From Chloroflexota bacterium (GTDB taxonomy: Bacteria; Chloroflexota; Anaerolineae; Anaerolineales; VGOW01): 64,000 bases of DNA. This document shows, one piece after another, positions 51,630 to 58,873 of this stretch. Positions within the stretch are counted from its first letter, which is position 1, and each line of letters begins with the position of its first letter. The notes beneath the pieces are model-generated. The model did not search any database, was not told the DNA's origin, and saw nothing but the letters and a program-made list of their open reading frames with translations. The translations under genes and the position numbers were made by a program. The stretch covers positions 21,183 through 85,182 of the forward strand of contig VGOW01000008.1 of NCBI GenBank assembly GCA_016875735.1, read 5' to 3'.

Positions 51630-54210
51630 CGGCTTCTTCCCGCCGCGCCCCGAGTCGCGTCCCGTCATCTACGCCTACGCAGACACCCACCCGCAATACA
51701 AAGGCTTGCTCAAAGTGGGCTACACGGCGCGCACGGCGGCGGAACGGGTGGCAGAGCAATATCCCACCGCCCGCCCTGGGGCATTGCCCTACCGCATCGT
51801 CTTCGAGCAGTCCGCCATGCGCAAAGACGGCACGACCTTCACCGACCGCGAGATTCACCGTCAACTGCGCGGCATGGGCGTCCAAAATCCCGATGGCGAG
51901 TGGTTCGCCTGCGCGCTCGAAGAACTGCAAGCCGCCTATCTCGCCGTCAAGAGCGGCGAAACGGGCGACGCCGACGCCGAACGCACGCTCGACTTTTCCG
52001 TGCGCCCCGAACAAGCCGACGCGGTGAAAAAAACATCCGCCTATTTCCTCGATTTCAGAAAAGACAGAGCCAACAAGGGCAAGACCCCGCACTTTTTATG
52101 GAACGCCAAAATGCGTTTCGGCAAAACCTTCGCCACCTATCAACTCGCCAAACGGATGAACTGGAAAAAGATCCTCGTCCTCACCTTCAAGCCCGCCGTG
52201 CAAAGCGCGTGGGAATCCGACCTGAAAACGCATCGGGACTTTAAGGGTTGGCAGTTCATCTCGCCCGACGGTTTAGCCTATGCCGACGCCGACAGGCGCA
52301 AACCCATCATCTGCTTCGGCTCGTTTCAGGATTATCTCGGCAGGAACCGAAGCACGGGCGGCATCAAGACCAAGAACGAGTGGGTTCACGCCACGCATTG
52401 GGATTGCGTCATCCTCGACGAATATCACTACGGCGCGTGGCGCGAGAAAGCCAAAGACCTATTCGAAGCCGAAGACAAGGAAGAAATCAAGTTTGCCAAA
52501 GGGGAAGGCGCAGAGTTCCTCACCGAAGTCACCGAAGAGATCGAAGACATCCTGCCCATCACCACCGATCATTATCTCTATCTCTCTGGCACGCCCTTCC
52601 GCGCGATTGCCTCGGGTGAATTCATCGAAGAACAAATCTTCAACTGGACGTATTCTGACGAGCAACGCGCCAAAGCCCATTGGGATGGCGGCAACGCTTC
52701 GACTCCGCTCAGCGCGAGTAATCCCTACGCCATGCTCCCGCGCATGGTTCTGCTCACCTACCAATTGCCCGACTCCATCCGCGAGATTGCCATGCAGGGC
52801 GAATTCAACGAGTTCGATCTCAACGTCTTTTTCTCCGCCGAAGGCGCGGGCGTGTTGGCGCGTTTCACATACGAAGACGAAGTGCAAAAATGGCTCGACT
52901 TGATTCGCGGCGCGTTCCTCGAAACGACGGTGGACAACCTGAAACTCGGCGCGAAGAAACCGCCCATGCCCTTCTCGGACGTGCGCCTGCTCAACGTCCT
53001 CTCGCACACCTTTTGGTTTTTGCCCAGCGTGGCGGCGTGTCACGCCATGGCGAATCTGCTGGCGCAAAAGCAAAACAAGTTCTATCACGATTACAAAGTG
53101 ATTGTCGCCGCCGGCGCATCGGCAGGCATTGGCGTGGACGCGCTGCCGCCCGTTTACGAAGCGATGGGCGACCCGCTCGAATCCAAGACCATCACCCTCT
53201 CGTGCGGCAAACTGACCACAGGCGTCACCGTCAAACCCTGGACGGGCATCTTCATGCTCCGCAACTCATCCAGCCCCGAAACCTACTTCCAGGCCGCCTT
53301 CCGCGTCCAATCCCCGTGGACGATCAACAACCCCGACGGCTTGCATCCCAACGCCGAAGAAGTCATCAAACACGAGTGCTACGTCTTCGACTTTGCCCCC
53401 GACCGCGCCCTGCGCCAGATCGCCGAATACGCCTCGCGCCTGAACGTCAACGAAGCCGTCAGCCCCGAAGCCAAAGTGGCGGAGTTCATCAATTTCCTGC
53501 CCGTGCTGGCGTATGACGGCAGTTCCATGAAGCAAGTGGACGCGGCGGGCATCCTCGATATCGCCATGAGCGGCACGACCGCGACCCTGCTCGCCCGCCG
53601 ATGGGAAAGCGCCCTGCTGGTCAATGTGGACAACGAAACGCTTCAAAGACTCATGGCGAATCAACTGGCGATGGACGCGTTGATGAGCATCGAAGGTTTC
53701 CGCAATTTGAATCAGGACATCGAAACCATCATCAACAAATCCGAAGCGGTCAAGAAAGCCAAGCGCGACGCCAACGACAAGGAACTCAGCGAAAAGCAAA
53801 AGCGCGAATTGACCGAAGCCGAAAAGGAATACAAGAGCAAGCGCAAACTGATTCAGGAGAAGTTGATCAAATTCGCCACCCGCGTCCCCATCTTCATGTA
53901 CCTTACCGACTACCGCGAGCGCACCCTGCGTGATGTGATTACCTTGCTGGAGCCGGGTCTCTTCAAACGCGTCACAGGCTTGGAAGTAAAAGACTTTGAA
54001 TTGCTCGTCAGCCTCAATGTCTTCAACAGCGCCCTGATGAACGACGCCGTCTTCAAGTTCAAACGCTACGAAGACGCCAGCCTCGTGTATACGGGCGTCA
54101 ACAAACACGAAGGCGAAGATATTGGTTTGTATGATACGGTGCTGAACCGAAAGGATTATCAAGCAACGTTTGTGAATGAGTCGGTTGAGACTTACGAAAC
54201 CCGGCGATAA
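51607..54210 (+). CDS. T5orf172 (GIY-YIG-like) domain fused to SF2 helicase/translocase, putative restriction subunit
   Basis: N-terminus [29 protein letters not shown]...DGEWF (T5orf172 pattern). Helicase motifs I (RFGKTF), II (ILDEYHY) and III (LSGTPF). Overlaps the methyltransferase stop by 8 nt (ATG 51622) or 23 nt (ATG 51607). Confidence 0.88.
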   Translation: METKAMSNGFFPPRPESRPVIYAYADTHPQYKGLLKVGYTARTAAERVAEQYPTARPGALPYRIVFEQSAMRKDGTTFTDREIHRQLRGMGVQNPDGEWFACALEELQAAYLAVKSGETGDADAERTLDFSVRPEQADAVKKTSAYFLDFRKDRANKGKTPHFLWNAKMRFGKTFATYQLAKRMNWKKILVLTFKPAVQSAWESDLKTHRDFKGWQFISPDGLAYADADRRKPIICFGSFQDYLGRNRSTGGIKTKNEWVHATHWDCVILDEYHYGAWREKAKDLFEAEDKEEIKFAKGEGAEFLTEVTEEIEDILPITTDHYLYLSGTPFRAIASGEFIEEQIFNWTYSDEQRAKAHWDGGNASTPLSASNPYAMLPRMVLLTYQLPDSIREIAMQGEFNEFDLNVFFSAEGAGVLARFTYEDEVQKWLDLIRGAFLETTVDNLKLGAKKPPMPFSDVRLLNVLSHTFWFLPSVAACHAMANLLAQKQNKFYHDYKVIVAAGASAGIGVDALPPVYEAMGDPLESKTITLSCGKLTTGVTVKPWTGIFMLRNSSSPETYFQAAFRVQSPWTINNPDGLHPNAEEVIKHECYVFDFAPDRALRQIAEYASRLNVNEAVSPEAKVAEFINFLPVLAYDGSSMKQVDAAGILDIAMSGTTATLLARRWESALLVNVDNETLQRLMANQLAMDALMSIEGFRNLNQDIETIINKSEAVKKAKRDANDKELSEKQKRELTEAEKEYKSKRKLIQEKLIKFATRVPIFMYLTDYRERTLRDVITLLEPGLFKRVTGLEVKDFELLVSLNVFNSALMNDAVFKFKRYEDASLVYTGVNKHEGEDIGLYDTVLNRKDYQATFVNESVETYETRR

Positions 54211-54283
54211 GGGGAAAGGGGGCCAACAGCCGATGAAACCCAACATTGGTCCCACCGGACACCTTCGCCGAACAATGAAAGAA

Positions 54284-54313
54284 GGCCGGGCAACTGCCCG
54301 GCCTTCTGCTTTC
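54284..54313 (+). terminator. intrinsic terminator of the methyltransferase-helicase pair
   Basis: GGCCGGGC-AACT-GCCCGGCC followed by TTCTGCTTTC. Confidence 0.7.
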
Positions 54314-54320
54314 ATAAACT

Positions 54321-54461
54321 GCTCACGCATCGAGCGCCCTGAGCGAGCGCCGTGGTTTTCGGCGCGAAGTCGAAGGGTGCGGGTCGAGCGCGAGGGCCGC
54401 ATCCTTCGACTTTGCGGCGGCACTGCGCCGCCGCGCCGCTCAGGATGCTTGTCTCGTGAGC
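54321..54461. repeat. nested palindromic element at the right edge of the AT-richer island
   Basis: Outer arms gctcacg/cgtgagc and ccctgagcg/cgctcagg. Inner 20-bp stem cgcgaagtcgaagggtgcgg/ccgcatccttcgactttgcg, plus gcggcggc-act-gcgccgccgc. Confidence 0.65.
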
Positions 54462-54474
54462 GGTTTCCTGCTTT

Positions 54475-54948
54475 CTACCCTTCCTTCGGTTTGCTCATCA
54501 TCAGCGCAACCCACGTTCCCTGTTGCACCACCTCGTCCTTTTGATTCTTCACGCTCAACTTAATCGTCACCGCGCCGCCGCCGAGGCGGGGCAGGGCTTT
54601 GAGATCGGTCACGTCCAGCTCGACGTGAATGGTGTCGCCGATGAAGATCGGCTTGCTGAATTTCCATTCGGTAATTTCGCGGAAGGCCATGATCGTGCCT
54701 TCCATGAACCCGGTTTGCACGGCGAGGCCGGAGGCAATGGAAAGGCCGAGAATCCCGTGCGCGACTCGCTGTTGAAAGATCGTTCCGGCAGAGTAAACGG
54801 CGTCGGTGTGGATCTGGTTGTAGTCGCCGGACAGTCCAGCGAACGAGACGATGTCGGTTTCGGTGACGGTGCGGGCGGCGGTTTCGATGCGCTGGCCGAG
54901 GGCGAAATCTTCAAAGTAAAAGCCGCGTGGGCGAAAGCGTTCGGGCAT
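54475..54948 (-). CDS. MaoC-like (R)-hydratase/dehydratase
   Basis: 157-aa hot-dog fold pattern: FAGLSGDYNQIHTD...VAHG. Confidence 0.88.
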   Translation of the reverse strand: MPERFRPRGFYFEDFALGQRIETAARTVTETDIVSFAGLSGDYNQIHTDAVYSAGTIFQQRVAHGILGLSIASGLAVQTGFMEGTIMAFREITEWKFSKPIFIGDTIHVELDVTDLKALPRLGGGAVTIKLSVKNQKDEVVQQGTWVALMMSKPKEG

Positions 54949-55010
54949 GGGGACTCCTGTGAAGGCGAATTTTCACCGCGAAGGCGCGAAGCAGGCAAAG
55001 ACATTTTTGA

Positions 55011-55081
55011 CCCCTGAGCGCACAGAGAACACGGAGAGATGATTTTCATGAGTCTCTGTGAACTCCGTGCGCTCAGGGGTG
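55011..55081. repeat. REP-C hairpin (CCCCTGAGCGCAC...GAG arms)
   Basis: cccctgagcgcacagagaacacggagag pairs with ctctgtgaactccgtgcgctcaggggtg. Confidence 0.7.
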
Positions 55082-55134
55082 AAACCCATTTCACGGCATT
55101 CTATCATGAGACTCTTTGGGGGCGCTGTATTTCG

Positions 55135-55201
55135 CCCACGAAGAGCACGAAGGAGCACGAAGAGTTTCGAAGGCCTTCGTGTTTCTTCGTGCCCTTCGTG
55201 G
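55135..55201. repeat. REP-B hairpin, copy 2
   Basis: cccacgaagagcacgaaggagcacgaagag pairs with ccttcgtgtttcttcgtgcccttcgtgg. Confidence 0.7.
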
Positions 55202-55206
55202 AAAAA

Positions 55207-55833
55207 TCATTCCCGATGTTTTCTGTGGAAGTCTGCGGCTCTCTCTGCGCCGAGCGATTGGATGGCGCGGCGGTATTCGGCCAGTGTGCGCTGTTTGGCG
55301 GCGGCGATGGCGTAATAAAACTTGGGGCCGCGACTGGGATCGTCCAAATGCATTTCTTCGTGCGAGTTGGGGAACACGAGATGCTTGCGGGCGAATCGTT
55401 GGAAGAGGGGAACGTAGAAGATGAAGTCGCGCCACAGATAGAAGTGCGCCGTTTTCAAGTTCGGGCTGTCGAGAATGGCCGGGTCGAGGCCGTCGATGCC
55501 CTCCGGGCGTGCGCGCTCAATGCCGCCGCGCGCCGCCAGCCACAAATCCACATAATTCGAGTGCGCGTAAAAATCCTGCGCGGTGTGAGTCAGCCGCCCG
55601 AAGGCGGCGCGCATCGCGCGAGGATCGTCGGCGCGGGCGAGGAGGGCGTGCTGTTCTTCGATGTAGGCCGGCGCTTCGCGGATGAGTGAGTTGTCGAAAT
55701 GAATGACGGAGTTGAGCAAGTTGAGCGGCGAGTCTTGCCCGATGTTGGCGGCCACAACTTCATTCAGCGCTTCGGGCGAAAAGTGTTGGCCGACGGACTC
55801 GGCGAGAATGATGGCGTGGTATCGAGCGATCAT
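55207..55833 (-). CDS. hypothetical protein with HTAQDFYAHSNYV motif (HET-C-like)
   Basis: 208-aa ORF. The H-x3-DFY-x-HSN-(Y/W)-V motif resembles HET-C/zinc-hydrolase-like domains; this assignment is from memory only. Confidence 0.65.
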   Translation of the reverse strand: MIARYHAIILAESVGQHFSPEALNEVVAANIGQDSPLNLLNSVIHFDNSLIREAPAYIEEQHALLARADDPRAMRAAFGRLTHTAQDFYAHSNYVDLWLAARGGIERARPEGIDGLDPAILDSPNLKTAHFYLWRDFIFYVPLFQRFARKHLVFPNSHEEMHLDDPSRGPKFYYAIAAAKQRTLAEYRRAIQSLGAERAADFHRKHRE

Positions 55834-55854
55834 CGGCGGAGTCCTTTTTGTTTT

Positions 55855-56886
55855 CTACTGCCTCAACAATTCCATCGTCGCCTTCATCGCCTCTTCGACG
55901 GTTGCGCCGTCATCCCATGAAAAGCCGCGCGCTCCGGCGCGCACTCCGGCTTGTGGCACATTCCACTCGCGCCAAACATATGCGACACGGTTGCCACTGC
56001 AATACGGCCCGTACCGCCGCGGGTCGCTGGGGCCGAGAATCATGACCACGCGCGCGCCCGCGCCCACGGCCATGTGCGTTGCGCCGGTGTCGTTGCCGAT
56101 GTACAACGCGCACCGCTCGGCCAATGCGCCGATCTGCCCCCACGGGCGCGGGCCGAGATTGGCGAAGGGGATGTTGATCAGTCCGCTCACTCCGTCGAGA
56201 ATCTTTTCGTCGCCGAGTCCGCCGACGAGGGCGACGGCCAGCCCGGCCTCGCGCATGATGCCGAGCGCGAGTTGGGCGAAGTGCGGCGGCGGCCATCGTT
56301 TGGCGTCGAAGGCCATGCCGGGGTTGCGCCCGCCGCCGGGATGAATGAGCACGAAAGGTTTATCGGCCAGCCGCGTCTCTTCGAGCGCGGCCAGCCCCGC
56401 TTTGCGGTCGTTGGCGGGCGGCGTGTATTCGACGGCGGCGAATTCAGTGGGGACTCCGATGATGCGGGCGAGATCGAGATAGATGTCGGCTTCGTGGCGG
56501 ATGACGCGGGGAGAGACCGGCGCGCGATGGGTGTACAGCAATCCGCGCCCGCCGCTGTTGAGGCCGACACGGTGACGAACGCCGGAGAGGAAGGCGGCGA
56601 GGCAGAGGAGGGGCGAACGGTCGGGCACGAAAACGGCGTCGTAACTTCCGGCTCGCAGAGCGCGGATGATCGGTGACAAGTTTGAGATTTGAAATTTGAA
56701 GTTTGGAATTTCAAAACGGTTGTCGAGCAGGGGGTTGGCTTCGATGGCCGGGCGGGCGTAGGCGCTCACGAGATAATCGATACGCGACTCGGGATGCGCG
56801 CGGCGAAGCACGCCGAGCAGGGGCGTGGTGAACATCACATCGCCGAAACAGCACGGCTTGAGGAGGGCGAGTGAGTGGAGGGGCAT
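55855..56886 (-). CDS. glycosyltransferase family 9 (heptosyltransferase-like)
   Basis: LKPCCFGDVMFTTPLL N-terminus and C-terminal YIGNDTGATHMA motif. Contains an in-frame heptamer-word segment (IPNFKFQISNL, 56679-56717). Confidence 0.88.
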   Translation of the reverse strand: MPLHSLALLKPCCFGDVMFTTPLLGVLRRAHPESRIDYLVSAYARPAIEANPLLDNRFEIPNFKFQISNLSPIIRALRAGSYDAVFVPDRSPLLCLAAFLSGVRHRVGLNSGGRGLLYTHRAPVSPRVIRHEADIYLDLARIIGVPTEFAAVEYTPPANDRKAGLAALEETRLADKPFVLIHPGGGRNPGMAFDAKRWPPPHFAQLALGIMREAGLAVALVGGLGDEKILDGVSGLINIPFANLGPRPWGQIGALAERCALYIGNDTGATHMAVGAGARVVMILGPSDPRRYGPYCSGNRVAYVWREWNVPQAGVRAGARGFSWDDGATVEEAMKATMELLRQ

Positions 56887-56993
56887 TCAGCAATCAGTGA
56901 TCAGTAATTGGTAATCGGTGATCAGTCAACCGACTTCCGACTTCTGATTTCTGACTCCTAACTTCTGATTTCTGACTCCTAACTTCTGATTCC
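56887..56993. repeat. compound heptamer arrays (TGATCAG/GGTAATC words, then a CTTCTGATTTCTGACTCCTAA 21-mer x2.5)
   Basis: tcagcaatcagtgatcagtaattggtaatcggtgatcagtca, then accgacttccga cttctgatttctgactcctaa cttctgatttctgactcctaa cttctgattcc. Confidence 0.75.
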
Positions 56994-57643
56994 TACCTCA
57001 CCGTAATGAAATCTTTGATGGCCTCGAACGTAGCCGAGCCGATGCCCTTCACGTTCATGATCTGCTCGATGCTGGTGAACGCGCCGTTGGCGTTGCGGTA
57101 GTCGATGATGCGCTGGGCAATGGCCGGGCCGATGCGCGGCAAAGATTCGAGTTCCGCTTGAGTGGCTGTGTTGATGTTGATCAGTTGACCGGTGTTGGTG
57201 GTTGGGTTGCCGGGCGGTTGGGTGGTTTGGGCAGGGGGTGTTGCGGTCGCCGGTTCAGGGGTGGGCGTGGGGGTGCCGGGCCCCACAGTGGGAGTCGGCG
57301 GCGCGGTGGGCGGCAGTTCGGGGATGAACAACGCTTGCCCGTCGATGAGGAGCGCGGCGAGATTGAGTCTCGACACGTCGGCGCGATCGGTCAATCCACC
57401 GGCGGCCTCAATGGCATCTTTGACGATGGCGCTTTTGGGGAGTTGATACACGCCGGGCGTTTTCACTGCGCCTGTGACATGAACACGCAGTGGCACGGGT
57501 GTGATGGTGGGCGGCGGAGGAAGCAGGGTGATGGGGACGCCGGTGGGACGGCGATTGATGAGGATGATGAGCGGCACCGAAAGCAGGCCGACGAATAATC
57601 CAAAGAGGAACGATTTCCAATGTTGCTTGATTGTATCGAGCAC
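56993..57643 (-). CDS. comEA: ComEA-family DNA-binding protein (SLBB + helix-hairpin-helix)
   Basis: C-terminal NINTATQAELESLPRIGPAIAQRIIDYR...GIGSATFEAIK. The start is uncertain: GTG 57643 is preferred because the ATG at 57709 lies in a heptamer array. Confidence 0.8.
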   Translation of the reverse strand: MLDTIKQHWKSFLFGLFVGLLSVPLIILINRRPTGVPITLLPPPPTITPVPLRVHVTGAVKTPGVYQLPKSAIVKDAIEAAGGLTDRADVSRLNLAALLIDGQALFIPELPPTAPPTPTVGPGTPTPTPEPATATPPAQTTQPPGNPTTNTGQLININTATQAELESLPRIGPAIAQRIIDYRNANGAFTSIEQIMNVKGIGSATFEAIKDFITVR

Positions 57644-57686
57644 GAGGTGAATTATAGCGGAGGTCAACGGTATAATGGCGGGGAAT

Positions 57687-57740
57687 AAATTCCAAACTCC
57701 AAACTTCAAACCTCAAACTCCAAACTCGAACTCTAAACTG
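57687..57740. repeat. heptamer array (CCAAACT x7, degenerate)
   Basis: ccaaact ccaaact tcaaacc tcaaact ccaaact cgaactc taaact, directly upstream of the DUF554 ATG. Confidence 0.75.
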
Positions 57741-57742
57741 GT

Positions 57743-58447
57743 ATGGGAACGATACTCAATATCATCACAATTCTCATCGGCGGCGGGCTGGGCATGGCCT
57801 TTGGGGCGCGATTGCCGGAGCGGGTGCGCCAAACGGTGCTCAACGGTCTCGGCTTGTTCACGATGGCGATGGGTTTGCAAATGACACTGCAATCGAAGAA
57901 TATGCTGATCGTGCTGGGCAGTGTGTTGTTGGGCGGCATCCTCGGCGAGTGGTGGGGCATCGACGCCGGATTGACGCGCGCCGGAGCATGGCTTGAGAAA
58001 AGAAGTGGAGGGGCGAGGGAAGAGGATGGAGGAATGGGAAGCCGATTCATCAAAGGGTTCGTGACGGCCTCGCTGGTGTTCTGTGTGGGGCCGATGACGA
58101 TTCTCGGATCGATCAACGATGGGTTGAGGGGCGACATTCAATTGCTGGCGATCAAATCGGCGCTCGACGGGTTTGCCTCGTTGGCCTTCGCCTCCTCGCT
58201 TGGCATCGGCGTGCTGTTTTCGACGCTGACGGTGGCGGTGTATCAAGGGGCGTTGACCCTGTTGGCGGCGCAGGCGCAAGCCTTTCTCACCGAGCCGATG
58301 ATCGCCGAGATGACGGCGGCGGGCGGCGTGCTGATTGTGGGTATTGGCGTCAGCAGTCTGCTCGAACTCAAGCCGATTCGCGTGGGCAACTTTTTACCGG
58401 CCCTCGCCATTGCGCCGTTGATTGTGGCGGTGGTGGCGGCGTTATGA
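57743..58447 (+). CDS. DUF554-family membrane protein
   Basis: MGTILNIITILIGGGLG...CVGPMTILGSINDGLRGD...LAIKSALDGF signature. Confidence 0.85.
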   Translation: MGTILNIITILIGGGLGMAFGARLPERVRQTVLNGLGLFTMAMGLQMTLQSKNMLIVLGSVLLGGILGEWWGIDAGLTRAGAWLEKRSGGAREEDGGMGSRFIKGFVTASLVFCVGPMTILGSINDGLRGDIQLLAIKSALDGFASLAFASSLGIGVLFSTLTVAVYQGALTLLAAQAQAFLTEPMIAEMTAAGGVLIVGIGVSSLLELKPIRVGNFLPALAIAPLIVAVVAAL

Positions 58448-58866
58448 GCAGAACAGCATTGTTTGACGGATTGGTGTTCGACGAGGCCGGGCGCGCGGTG
58501 GAGGCGGCGTCCATCGGCGGCGAGGCGTTTTATGTGGTGGACGACGACGGCTTTCATCGGCACGTTCCGGCGGAAGAGATTGATCGCACTGTGTTGAGAG
58601 AACTGCGCGATCAGATCATGGAAAACCGCAACGCGGTGACGATGGGCGCGATGAAGATGATGGGCTCGGAAGACCTGTTCACCAAAGCGATGATTGACGC
58701 CTCGCTGAACAACATGGACTCGAACTTTGCCAAACTGATGGATGTAGGTTTGCCGGAGCAGGCGCGGCAGTGGCTGGGCATGTTGGGGTTTCGGATCGTG
58801 GTGAATTATCACGGCGAAGTGGTGAGGATGGAATCAGCAGGAATGGCGAGTGATGAGGGGGAGTAG
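58444..58866 (+). CDS. hypothetical protein
   Basis: 140-aa ORF with an ATGA overlap with the DUF554 stop. No recognised motif. Confidence 0.55.
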   Translation: MSRTALFDGLVFDEAGRAVEAASIGGEAFYVVDDDGFHRHVPAEEIDRTVLRELRDQIMENRNAVTMGAMKMMGSEDLFTKAMIDASLNNMDSNFAKLMDVGLPEQARQWLGMLGFRIVVNYHGEVVRMESAGMASDEGE

Positions 58867-58873
58867 AGGCGCG

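Noticed and set aside
56887-56993. Possibility that the short tandem arrays are CRISPR arrays.
   Set aside because: The period is 7 nt (or 21 nt) with no unique spacers, the arrays are 30-100 nt long, and no cas genes are present in the window.
57644-57676. Divergent TATAAT boxes (minus-strand at 57651-57656, plus-strand at 57671-57676) implying a leaderless comEA mRNA starting at GTG 57643.
   Set aside because: No convincing -35 elements accompany either box, and the comEA start itself is uncertain. This is too speculative to list as a feature.
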